NCBI GenBank assembly: GCA_902794075.1
Contig: CADBGE010000001.1
Span: 8,437 to 72,436 of the forward strand
Direction: 5' to 3'
Source: an uncultured Erysipelotrichaceae bacterium
GTDB lineage: Bacteria > Bacillota_I > Bacilli_A > RF39 > UBA660
DNA length: 64,000 bases
Shown here: positions 20,057-28,682 of the stretch, piece by piece
Position numbering within the stretch: position 1 is the stretch's first letter
Layout: each line of letters starts with the position of its first letter
Notes under the pieces: generated by a model
The model's database searches: none
Told to the model about the DNA's origin: nothing
What the model saw: only the letters and a program-made list of their open reading frames with translations
Position numbers and translations under genes: made by a program

Positions 20057-21310
20057 ATGACTAATAATGTAACAAATATGGGTAGTGCTTCGACTGTTAG
20101 CAATAGCGGTCATCTTGAAGATTATGAATTTCTACCCGGAGTCATTGTTGAAACTGATGATCCATTAAGATATGGTAGAGTAAAGGTTAGTGCTCTTGGA
20201 GCATATAATGCAAATAATTCATCATCAAAACAACTTCCATGGTGTTATCCTTTTATGATGATTGGAAATAATTCTTATGCGTCATATGAAAAGGGTTCAA
20301 AGGTATGGATTCTTAGAAACAAAAAACGACAAGACGAAAATTGGTTTTGGCCAATGTATGAACAGCATGCAATGACACAATCATTTGTTGATGGAAAAAA
20401 TCCTGAAGACAAACCAGAAGTCATAAGTATGAGAAACAATGGTGGTTCGCAATCATCAATAACATATGATCATAAAGGAGGATATAACATATCTACAGGT
20501 GGAAACGGTGGTGGTGCATCTTTAAACATTGGTACAAGTTCATCAGCATCTATGACAGGAGGAAGTTCATCTGTTAGTGCAAATAATGATGGCATTAATC
20601 TTGGAACACCTGGAGAAGATCCTCATCCAGCAGTATTGGGCGATAAGTTATCTTCGTTTATTTTAGATATGTTCAATATGTTAATTAAATTCTGCGAAAC
20701 GCTTTCCGCCGAAGATCCAATGGCAAAAAATGCTACACTCTTAATGTCAGAATGGTTAATAGAAAAATTGTCTGGAACTGAAATTGAAGATATGTTATCT
20801 AAAAAAGTAATGATAAATGAAACAACAGCTGCTGATGCTGCAGCAAAAGAAAAAGCAAAAGCTGAAGAAGAAGCTACAAAAGAAAAAACAAAAACAGAAG
20901 TAACTGTTCAAGAAAATAAAGAAAAAAATTATAAATCAGCTCAAGAAAAATTATCAAAAGGACAAAAAATGACAAAGGATGAATATGATTCTTTAACACC
21001 ATTTGAACAGAATATGTATAGAAATAATAAATTAATGGAAGGAACAATATATAGTACAGCTGCTCAAAATCAATTTTTGCAAGACATGAAACAGATTGGA
21101 CAATCACGACAGAGTCAACATGGTCAACAGACTCAACAGAATCAAACATATAGACAACAAAACATTGCAGTAAGCGACAATACTTCAATGTATAATAGAA
21201 CTACACCACCATCAATTGAGACACGTACATATTCAATACCAACAAGCAACAATCAAATACCTATAGGGGGTTCATATGATCCTAATAATGCAGTGTTTCG
21301 TCAGGGATAA
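20057..21310 (+). CDS. baseplate central spike/hub protein with gp5-type N-terminal OB fold
   Basis: LPGVIVETDDPLRYGRVKVSALG...LPWCYP...GSKVWIL matches the gp5/gpV/VgrG OB-fold signature. It is followed by a Gly/Ser-rich segment and HPAVLGDKL. No lysozyme motifs; Lys/Glu- and Gln-rich tail. Confidence 0.6.
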   Translation: MTNNVTNMGSASTVSNSGHLEDYEFLPGVIVETDDPLRYGRVKVSALGAYNANNSSSKQLPWCYPFMMIGNNSYASYEKGSKVWILRNKKRQDENWFWPMYEQHAMTQSFVDGKNPEDKPEVISMRNNGGSQSSITYDHKGGYNISTGGNGGGASLNIGTSSSASMTGGSSSVSANNDGINLGTPGEDPHPAVLGDKLSSFILDMFNMLIKFCETLSAEDPMAKNATLLMSEWLIEKLSGTEIEDMLSKKVMINETTAADAAAKEKAKAEEEATKEKTKTEVTVQENKEKNYKSAQEKLSKGQKMTKDEYDSLTPFEQNMYRNNKLMEGTIYSTAAQNQFLQDMKQIGQSRQSQHGQQTQQNQTYRQQNIAVSDNTSMYNRTTPPSIETRTYSIPTSNNQIPIGGSYDPNNAVFRQG

Positions 21311-21321
21311 TTTATGAATTA

Positions 21322-22914
21322 ATGAACAATATGGATGAGAACAAAAAGAATAAACTTAAAGAAAGATTAACAAATGAATTAGGAGATAAGTTAAGAAGTA
21401 TTGAAATGGATGTAACAAATTCATTTCTAAGTGGTAAAATATGTTCTCCATTAATAGCAACAGCAGATAATGCTGTAGTACAGGCAAACGCTATAGCATC
21501 AGGAACACTTAATGCAGCTGCTGCAGCTGGTTTATATATAACTAAAGATGGTCTTAGGTATGACCCAACAGTAATGACTGATGCTGCAGGATTAATTGTT
21601 AATAGTGCAATTCAATCAGTAACATCAGAAATAGTTAGAATTAAAGATAATGCCGTAAAAGATATAACATATATACCTGATCCCTCCATAATATTAAAGA
21701 AAGCTATATCTTATTTTGCATATGACATAAAAAATGACTTAATAGATATAAATAAATTATTAGAAGATTTAAACGTAAACATTGATGACAAAGAAACTGA
21801 AAGACAGGATGAGGCAATAAATAAAACACATAAATCATTAAATAATTTCATATCATATACAATTCCTGAACTATCTAATAAATTAAATACAATTTCAAAT
21901 AATATAAATACTGTGACAGGTTATGCTGCATCATATATGGCTTTTGGACCTGAATGGGTCACAGAAAAAGTATCATATTATATAGCAGATGGATCATATA
22001 TAGCAGAAACATTCGTTAATGAACAAACAAAGAAATTAAATGACTGGAAAATTGAGCAATATAATCGTTTGGCAAAAACAATAGGAACACAAATGACTAA
22101 AAAGTATCAGGAACTTATTAAACAAAATGTTAAAGCAATAAATAATGAAACTGCTATCGTTAAAGAAAAACTAAAATTAAAAGGAACTGCATTGATGCAA
22201 AAAGCATCTCTTGAAATAATGGCAAAGACTGGAATAAAGATACCTATAAACAAAGTAAAGCCTGAAAATTTAAGTAAACTAAAACGAACAACGGAATTAA
22301 GTAAATTATTAGGATTAGCAGCACAAGCATTACCATTAAATGGCCCAAGTACTTCAAATGACAATGAAATAACGAATGCTGAAGTTAAAGAAGACATAGA
22401 GTATTCACAATTATTACAAAAAAGAAGAAATCAATTAAATCAGTTAAAGGATGGAAAGTCAATTGAAATTTCTAATTTAGAATATTCAATAGAAACTGAA
22501 ATTTATTTAGATGAAATAGATTATTTAGAAAGTGAAATAGAAGCATGCAAAAGAACAATTGATAGTGTAGATTTTTATATAAATGAAATTGATGAATATC
22601 TTCTTGAAGGTTCAAGCGTATTTGAAAAATATAAAGAAAATAACATAGAAATAGAAAGAAATTTATTGTCGTCAATGAGACACTCAACGTCCATAGATGA
22701 ACTTATAAATAATATAATGTATTTATTAACTAACAATTCATGGGAACCAAGAAAAGGTAAAACGATGGCATGGGATGATACAATTGATGGTTATTCGGAA
22801 TTTGATAATAAAAATGATTTAGATGTAATTGGTAAAAAGAAAAATGAATATGTTCCAGAAATGTATGCTCAAAACTTTATGAATGCCGGAGGTAATGGAC
22901 CAATTGAACTATAA
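21322..22914 (+). CDS. hypothetical virion-associated protein (tape measure or hub role possible)
   Basis: 530-aa mostly helical ORF directly after the spike gene, with an Ala-rich hydrophobic N-terminal segment. Assignment is positional only. Confidence 0.25.
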   Translation: MNNMDENKKNKLKERLTNELGDKLRSIEMDVTNSFLSGKICSPLIATADNAVVQANAIASGTLNAAAAAGLYITKDGLRYDPTVMTDAAGLIVNSAIQSVTSEIVRIKDNAVKDITYIPDPSIILKKAISYFAYDIKNDLIDINKLLEDLNVNIDDKETERQDEAINKTHKSLNNFISYTIPELSNKLNTISNNINTVTGYAASYMAFGPEWVTEKVSYYIADGSYIAETFVNEQTKKLNDWKIEQYNRLAKTIGTQMTKKYQELIKQNVKAINNETAIVKEKLKLKGTALMQKASLEIMAKTGIKIPINKVKPENLSKLKRTTELSKLLGLAAQALPLNGPSTSNDNEITNAEVKEDIEYSQLLQKRRNQLNQLKDGKSIEISNLEYSIETEIYLDEIDYLESEIEACKRTIDSVDFYINEIDEYLLEGSSVFEKYKENNIEIERNLLSSMRHSTSIDELINNIMYLLTNNSWEPRKGKTMAWDDTIDGYSEFDNKNDLDVIGKKKNEYVPEMYAQNFMNAGGNGPIEL

Positions 22915-22932
22915 CATATGTTAACAATATAT

Positions 22933-23056
22933 AAGTTCATGGATCATCTTAGACGGTCCTTAAAAATGGCAACTATATAATTTATTAAAATGATTATAAA
23001 AAGTTACTAGATGATGATCTAGATATAGTCTAAGATGTTCTAAGATACATAGTATA
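22933..23056. repeat. left copy of a 124-bp long-range inverted repeat
   Basis: 22962..23056 is the exact reverse complement of 41361..41455 (95/95, checked base by base). 22933..22948 also matches 41469..41484, with a 13-nt diverged patch between the two matches. Confidence 0.95.
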
Positions 23057-23057
23057 A

Positions 23058-23065
23058 TATATTTG
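23058..23065 (+). promoter_or_regulatory. Bacteroidota-type -7 promoter element candidate (TAnnTTTG)
   Basis: tatatttg lies immediately after the repeat and ends 13 nt before the terminase ATG. A TATAAT hexamer overlaps it at 23053..23058. Confidence 0.25.
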
Positions 23066-23078
23066 TAAGTGTTAAAAA

Positions 23079-23693
23079 ATGGCAAAAAATAAGTCTGACA
23101 TAAACTATGAATTTGATCCAGTAAAAAGAGAAATTCAAGGAAAAGAAGCTGAAAAAATAATTTGGACAACAAAATCATTGGAAAAAGCTGTTGAAGCTCT
23201 TAATGAAGGACTTCCGTTAAAAGCAAATCCATTTGTTGGAAAAGTTACGCAGCTTCTTAAGCCAGATTTAGTATATAGGAGAACAACAGAAGAAATAGAA
23301 GATTATATAAAATGCAAACAAGATCCTGTGTACTTCGCAGAGAAATGTTTCTTGATGACACCTGAAGGATTACAACAATGTAAGATGCGTGATTATCAGA
23401 AAGATTATTTATATCATCTTAAAGCAAACAGATTCTCAATATTATTGGCAGCGAGGCAAAGTGGAAAAACTCTTAGTCTTATGACAAATGTAACTATTAA
23501 AATTTGTAAAAATGACAATAGATTTGTCAAGATGCTAAAAAAATATTATTATTATATAAATAATAATGATTATATTATAACATTACCATTATTTGAATTG
23601 TATAATATATTATGTAATAAATCATTATTATGGAAAATAAAATATAATATTTATAAACTATTATTATGGCTGGAAAAAAAGGACAAAAAATAA
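23079..23693 (+). CDS. terL: terminase large subunit N-extein (to Walker A) fused to a short split-intein N fragment
   Basis: CKQDPVYFAEKCF...MRDYQKDYL...LAARQSGKT aligns with T4 gp17 CRDDIVYFAETYC...LRDYQRDML...LSRQLGKT. After the T codon at 23469..23471 the sequence becomes Hint block-A-like (SLMTNVTIKI...DYIITLPLFELYNIL) and then stops. Confidence 0.8.
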   Translation: MAKNKSDINYEFDPVKREIQGKEAEKIIWTTKSLEKAVEALNEGLPLKANPFVGKVTQLLKPDLVYRRTTEEIEDYIKCKQDPVYFAEKCFLMTPEGLQQCKMRDYQKDYLYHLKANRFSILLAARQSGKTLSLMTNVTIKICKNDNRFVKMLKKYYYYINNNDYIITLPLFELYNILCNKSLLWKIKYNIYKLLLWLEKKDKK

Positions 23694-24820
23694 ATGCCGA
23701 AAATTCTCACAGAAATCCACAATATTGGAAAAAATTAAATCCAACATGGAGTGATGAAGAATGTGAACAAAAGGCAAATTGGATTAAAAAATCATCAAAT
23801 TATAGATGCATAGAATATTATGAAAGATACTATCCTGAACTTTCGCATGAAGAGCACATATTATTAAGAAAACAAAAATTGAACGAACAAAAAACTAATT
23901 ATCCAAATTGTATAGACTATTATGAAAAACGATTTCCGGAATTATCTCATGAAGAACATTTAAAAATGTTAAATGAATATTCAAAGGCTGAAAATTATCA
24001 ATGTATAGAATATTATGAAAAACGATTTCCGGAATTATCTCATGAAGAACATTTAAAAATGCGTCAAGAGAAAGTAAAAACAGCATTAGAAAAAATGCCA
24101 GATATGTCTGGCCAAAATAATCCAAATAGTAAATCAAATACAACATTAGAACAACGACAAGAACGTTCACCATTTTCAAAAAAATTTTATGAAAAACGAA
24201 ATTTAACCGAAGAAGATAGACATAATTTTACAAGTAATATTAAACGAGAATATAATACGCAATTATCATATTGGTTACATAAAGGATATTCAGAAACAGA
24301 AGCAAAAGAAAAATTAATAGAACGACAAAAAACATTTACATTAGAAAAATGTATAGCAAAATATGGGGAAGAAGAGGGAACAAAAAGATATAATGATAGA
24401 CAACAAAAATGGTTAAAATCATTATATCAATCATTTCAAAATAATGGTGATGGGCGCTCAAAACAATCAAGATTTGCAAAAGAAATAATTAAAGAATGCT
24501 GTAAATATTTAAGTATTTCTATTCCAAAGAAAGAAAAGTATATATCATATAATGAAAAAGTATTTGCATATGATTTCACATATAATAAAAAAATAATAGA
24601 ATTTCAAGGAGATTATTGGCATTGCAATCCTGTCTTATTCGACGAAACTTTTTTCAATAAAGTTAAACAGGCAACAGCTAAAGAAATCTGGGAATATGAT
24701 AGAATTAAAAAACAAGCAGCAGAACATTTCGGATACAAAGTATTATATGTTTGGGAATATGATTATACTAAAGATCCTGAAAATGAAATAAAAAAATGTT
24801 TAGATTTTTTATCTAAATGA
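23666..24820 (+). CDS. free-standing homing endonuclease, Vsr-like / PD-(D/E)xK-type nuclease domain with repeated helical modules
   Basis: The C-terminus AYDF...IIEFQGDYWHCNP...KEIWEYDRIKKQAAEHFGYKVLYVWEYDY fits the Vsr/DUF559-type endonuclease pattern. The N-terminal half has three CI(E/D)YYE(K)R(F/Y)PELSHEEH modules. It overlaps IntN by 28 nt and IntC by ATGA. Confidence 0.65.
   Translation: MAGKKGQKINAENSHRNPQYWKKLNPTWSDEECEQKANWIKKSSNYRCIEYYERYYPELSHEEHILLRKQKLNEQKTNYPNCIDYYEKRFPELSHEEHLKMLNEYSKAENYQCIEYYEKRFPELSHEEHLKMRQEKVKTALEKMPDMSGQNNPNSKSNTTLEQRQERSPFSKKFYEKRNLTEEDRHNFTSNIKREYNTQLSYWLHKGYSETEAKEKLIERQKTFTLEKCIAKYGEEEGTKRYNDRQQKWLKSLYQSFQNNGDGRSKQSRFAKEIIKECCKYLSISIPKKEKYISYNEKVFAYDFTYNKKIIEFQGDYWHCNPVLFDETFFNKVKQATAKEIWEYDRIKKQAAEHFGYKVLYVWEYDYTKDPENEIKKCLDFLSK
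23909..24061 (+). repeat. two near-identical 60-nt direct repeats (93-nt period) inside the HEG
   Basis: 23909..23968 and 24002..24061 (tgtataga[c/a]tattatgaaaaacgatttccggaattatctcatgaagaacatttaaaaatg) differ at one position. A third, diverged copy starts at 23807. Confidence 0.9.
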
Positions 24821-26769
24821 AAACATATATTAAAACATTATTATATAAAATATTATCATTATTAGATTATATAAATTATCATTTTATATATAAAGAAAAA
24901 CTTATAGATAATTATAAGACTATTGAAGACATCAAAATAAAAGACAATAGTATATTTATATTATCAGATAATGGTTTTAATAAATTATCATCATTAATGA
25001 TTAGTAAGCCATTTGAAATATGGCATATAGAATTAGAAAATGGATATAAATTAGAATGCGCTGATGAACATATAGTTTTTCTTAAAGACTTTAAAGAAAT
25101 TTATGTAAATAAATTAAATATAAATGATGAAATAATAACAGATGTTGGTTTATCTAAAGTTATAAATATTTATAGTACATCTGAAAAGATATCTATGTGT
25201 GACACAACAGTTGATCATATCAATCATAGATTTTATTCAAATGGTATTTTAAGTCATAATTCCACAACTACTGCTATATACTGTCTTTGGACTATATTGT
25301 TTAATACTGACAAAACAGGACTAATATTGTCAAAGTCTGGTGCTGCAGGTCAAGACTTATTGAATAAAATAAAAGACATGTACCTATATCTTCCATATCA
25401 TCTGAAATGTGGTACAATGAAATGGAACCAAGGTGGAATATCATTTGACAACAATTCTAATATATCAACAGAAGCATTCTCTCCAACAGCTGGCTTGGGT
25501 AAGACAATTAATTTCTTAATATTAGATGAGTTTGCATGGTGTCCTCAGAACGAAGTTGAATTATTCTACAACAATATTATTCCAACTGTTACTACTATTT
25601 CAGATAGTAATGTATGTATAATGTCAACACAAAATGGATTTAATTTATTTTATAAGATATGGAAAAATTCTGTTGAAAAGAAAAGTATATATGCACCATT
25701 TAAAATAGATTGGGACCAAGTACCACAATGGAATAGTGAAAAGAAATGCTGGGAAAAAAGAACAGATGAATGGAAAAAGATGATGATAGGTGTCCTAGGT
25801 TCAGAAGAGGCATTTTATTATCAATATGGAACACAATTTTTAGCACCAGATGGATGTTTAGTATCTCGTGAATGTCTAAAAAGAATACATGATAATACTA
25901 CATTGTTTGAAAAAATAACTGAAGAGCAATGTGAAGAAATAAACTTACAGATACAATTTAAAGACGCATTATATATAAAACCAGGATATGACATAAGAAA
26001 TTTTGTTGATGGTAAACATTGGTATGTAATAACAATTGACCTTGCAGAAGGTGGTGGTGGAGACTACACTGTTTTTAATGTATTTGAATATTTAAGTAAA
26101 GATAAATTTGAACAGGTAGCATATTGGCATAGTAATGAGGTAGACATTGAACTTGCATCATTAGAATTTTGGTTATTGTCCGGACAGTTATTTAATAATG
26201 ATAGATGCATATGGAGTGTTGAATGGAATACTTATGGAGCATTGTTTTATAATTTATTGAGAAATTATAATGAACCTGATTTTAGTCCAGAAACAGCATG
26301 GAGAAATAATATAGTAAACGAAGGTATAGACTTATTTTATTTTGCGAGATATCCTCGTCAAGCAATAGATGATGATGGAATGGGTACTAAAAAGATTCAA
26401 GGAATACGTTTTAGTAATGCAAATAAATCTATGGCTTGTTCATTGTTAAGACTTATGTTTGAAAAGGGTGACATCATTATAACTGATTTGGTTACTGCTG
26501 GTGAGCTTGAGAACTTTGAAGATAAGAATGGAAACGGTAGTTATAAAGCATCTTATGGACATGATGACATAATAATGACATGTTGTCAATTGCCATTACT
26601 TAAACAAACAGCAAGATATAAAGATTATGTAGAAGAATTTGAAGCATTTAAGATAGGCGGAAAATTTAATGAAACAAATAATAGTGACAATGTGAATACT
26701 TTATATAATTTTAATATTTCAAGAGAGGAAGAACTGTTTACACCTCCTGAAGGAATGCAACAAATGTAA
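24817..26769 (+). CDS. terL: split-intein C fragment fused to terminase large subunit C-extein (ATPase Walker B plus nuclease)
   Basis: Residues 1-148 carry Hint blocks B (GYKLECADEHIVFL), F (ISMCDTTVDHINHRFYS) and G (NGILSHN). From Ser149 (25261) the sequence is STTTAIYCLW...INFLILDEFAW...TQNGFNLFYKIW...SYGHDDIIM, collinear with T4 gp17 TVVAIFLAHF...AMIYIDECAF...TPNGLNHFYDIW...GYHDDLVM. Confidence 0.85.
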   Translation: MKTYIKTLLYKILSLLDYINYHFIYKEKLIDNYKTIEDIKIKDNSIFILSDNGFNKLSSLMISKPFEIWHIELENGYKLECADEHIVFLKDFKEIYVNKLNINDEIITDVGLSKVINIYSTSEKISMCDTTVDHINHRFYSNGILSHNSTTTAIYCLWTILFNTDKTGLILSKSGAAGQDLLNKIKDMYLYLPYHLKCGTMKWNQGGISFDNNSNISTEAFSPTAGLGKTINFLILDEFAWCPQNEVELFYNNIIPTVTTISDSNVCIMSTQNGFNLFYKIWKNSVEKKSIYAPFKIDWDQVPQWNSEKKCWEKRTDEWKKMMIGVLGSEEAFYYQYGTQFLAPDGCLVSRECLKRIHDNTTLFEKITEEQCEEINLQIQFKDALYIKPGYDIRNFVDGKHWYVITIDLAEGGGGDYTVFNVFEYLSKDKFEQVAYWHSNEVDIELASLEFWLLSGQLFNNDRCIWSVEWNTYGALFYNLLRNYNEPDFSPETAWRNNIVNEGIDLFYFARYPRQAIDDDGMGTKKIQGIRFSNANKSMACSLLRLMFEKGDIIITDLVTAGELENFEDKNGNGSYKASYGHDDIIMTCCQLPLLKQTARYKDYVEEFEAFKIGGKFNETNNSDNVNTLYNFNISREEELFTPPEGMQQM

Positions 26770-26785
26770 ACAATATTTTTATTTA

Positions 26786-26793
26786 TATAAATA
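26786..26793 (+). promoter_or_regulatory. T4-late-promoter-like box TATAAATA
   Basis: Exact TATAAATA ending 16 nt upstream of the ATG at 26810. Confidence 0.3.
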
Positions 26794-26809
26794 ATACTTA
26801 ATATAGAAT

Positions 26810-28372
26810 ATGATTAACTTAAGTACATACTTGATAATGGAGGCTAACCAAAAACGTCCAAGCGGCCTCGGAAAAATAAAAGATAAGTCAGTTGAGCAAG
26901 ATGTTGAAATGATTGCAGGTGATGTTTATGATTTGTCAGACAGTAACCGATATACTGAAACGATGAAGTATTACAAAGGTGAAGGTAACGGATATATCAC
27001 TGACAAAGAAGGCCATGTATATGATGTGTTCACAAGCACTGAACAGGGTGATGCAGGACGAATTGCTGGAGGCTCAACATATAGATATGTAACGATAAAA
27101 AATGTCCATGGAGTTGACATTAATTTTAGAGGTTATTCTGCAGTATTTTCATCATCGTATGGCATGGACATAATTGATGACATCAAAGCAGGTATGTATC
27201 TTGAAGATTATCTTGCAAAGCATTGGAATGATATTTCAAATAGTGATGTACAAAAGAATAAGGAAATAGTGAAACTTAAAGAAATGGGTAATGCTGAGGC
27301 AAAGACATATAATAAACAGAAAGAAGAATCAGCAGCAGATAAAAGACTTAGATTCTGGGAAAGATACATTATTATAAGAAACATTAAAATTACAGTAAAG
27401 AATGGAGATATTGATATTGACACAAAGGATGCTGATGACCATTATAAAAGACAGTTAGGTAAAGAAAAATATAAAAAAGAAGGCGGATGGAATGAAGAGG
27501 AACTTTATAAAGAATATATATCTGCATTAAAGGATGCTCTTAAACCTGCTATATCAAAAATATTCGGTGATACATTTGGTTGTTCAATATCGGATATGAA
27601 TGGTCTTGTATTTAATATTGTTGCAAAGTCAAACAGTAACTTGCCTATGATACGATTAGGATTTGATACAAAGAAAAAAGAATTTGTTGAGTTGGCATAC
27701 GAAAAAGCAAAGCTACGAGGCAAGAACGAATGGGTTGGAACAACAATTGAACCGGCGATTGGTCCAACAGTAACACTTGTAAAGAAAGATGCTAATGAAC
27801 ATATGATTGAAATATTCACCAATGCGTCCAAGGAATGGATGAAACTTAACAAAGGAAAGCAGAAAGAATGGGTTGATGCAAACTGGGAATCAATATGGAA
27901 GAATGGAAATTCAACTCATTGGTTATATGGCAAAAGTACAATGTCAAAAGGTGAAGCAAAAAAGAAAGCTGCAGATAATTATAAGAAAGATCTTGCAGCT
28001 CATAAATGGGATACATCTGGAGATACAATAACATTCCTTACTGAGTTCATTTCACAATTTATGACTGAACCTGAAAAGATTGAGAAAGTCACGGGCGAGG
28101 AAGTTGAGAACTCACCAATTGAGAAGCCTCGTCGTGGAGAAAAAACAAAGATGGGTAAGGGTGCACGTGCTGCTCAGGAAAAGAAAATGGATGCTTGGCA
28201 CAATGGTGAAAGAAAACAGAATGTATCGAACTGCTCTGATGCAAAGCTTAAGATGAACTATGAAATTTGCAAGGAGAAAGGATATGAAAAAGAAGCCGCT
28301 CAACTTAAAGCCGAAGCAATAAAGCGCGGTATAGTGCTTGAGAGTATTATGAACTATATAGAATTATATTAA
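26810..28372 (+). CDS. hypothetical Lys/Glu-rich protein (possible large internal/virion protein)
   Basis: 520-aa ORF after terL. The N-terminus MINLSTYLIME is weakly CTS-like with an I-x-E site. No enzymatic motif accepted. Confidence 0.3.
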   Translation: MINLSTYLIMEANQKRPSGLGKIKDKSVEQDVEMIAGDVYDLSDSNRYTETMKYYKGEGNGYITDKEGHVYDVFTSTEQGDAGRIAGGSTYRYVTIKNVHGVDINFRGYSAVFSSSYGMDIIDDIKAGMYLEDYLAKHWNDISNSDVQKNKEIVKLKEMGNAEAKTYNKQKEESAADKRLRFWERYIIIRNIKITVKNGDIDIDTKDADDHYKRQLGKEKYKKEGGWNEEELYKEYISALKDALKPAISKIFGDTFGCSISDMNGLVFNIVAKSNSNLPMIRLGFDTKKKEFVELAYEKAKLRGKNEWVGTTIEPAIGPTVTLVKKDANEHMIEIFTNASKEWMKLNKGKQKEWVDANWESIWKNGNSTHWLYGKSTMSKGEAKKKAADNYKKDLAAHKWDTSGDTITFLTEFISQFMTEPEKIEKVTGEEVENSPIEKPRRGEKTKMGKGARAAQEKKMDAWHNGERKQNVSNCSDAKLKMNYEICKEKGYEKEAAQLKAEAIKRGIVLESIMNYIELY

Positions 28373-28380
28373 ATATTAAA

Positions 28381-28674
28381 ATGACATCACTTGAACAATA
28401 TATATCAGAATCATTAACAAAGACCCAACGCATGATAGTTGGGTCTATTGTTATTGATATGTTAAAAAATTCAAAATTGACTTCTGAACAACTTAATGTT
28501 ATGTTCAATAATATAGATCTTAAAATAATTTCAGATATAGAAAATTATATATTGTCAACAGACAAAGAAAATGCTATGCCATATATGGCCGATAAAGATG
28601 ATTTTCTTATACAAACAAATTCTGAAAAAATTATTAATAATCTATGCAAATATTTTGTTACTTATATAGTGTGA
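28381..28674 (+). CDS. candidate capsid-targeted small protein
   Basis: N-terminus MTSLEQYISESL resembles the T4 CTS MKTYQEFIAE, with an I-S-E site. Confidence 0.3.
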   Translation: MTSLEQYISESLTKTQRMIVGSIVIDMLKNSKLTSEQLNVMFNNIDLKIISDIENYILSTDKENAMPYMADKDDFLIQTNSEKIINNLCKYFVTYIV

Positions 28675-28682
28675 ATTTATAG

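Larger units (their letters stand above)
23475..25260 (+). mobile_element. split-intein plus homing-endonuclease insertion in terL (IntN / free-standing HEG / IntC)
   Basis: This segment interrupts terL exactly after the Walker A GKT. It ends with the intein block G sequence NGILSHN, followed by Ser+1 at 25261. The three ORFs are in three different frames. Confidence 0.7.

Noticed and set aside
22938-22979. 13-codon mini-ORF inside both repeat copies (MDHLRRSLKMATI vs MDHHLLSSKMATI)
   Set aside because: The frame is preserved, but the 13-nt diverged patch changes 5 consecutive residues non-conservatively. There is no start context and no evidence of coding constraint.
22960-23178. 72-aa minus-strand ORF spanning the left inverted repeat and the terL start
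   Set aside because: It overlaps the well-supported terL start. The same repeat sequence at the right copy is not part of any ORF of comparable length, so the open frame is incidental.
23472-25263. Contiguous intein, or simple sequencing frameshifts within one long intein-HEG ORF
   Set aside because: The three ORFs use three different frames, and the overlaps are clean (a 28-nt overlap and ATGA). The middle ORF has its own start and a non-LAGLIDADG nuclease. Two independent frameshift errors placed exactly at the domain borders are less likely than a genuine fractured arrangement. An RNA-level intron cannot be excluded from sequence alone and is listed as the refutation test.
26810-28372. 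ADP-ribosyltransferase (Alt-like) assignment, based on FRG and SSS motifs
   Set aside because: The Arg and Ser-x-Ser-like motifs are only 6 residues apart instead of the roughly 40-50 residues in R-S-E ARTs, and no ExE motif follows.
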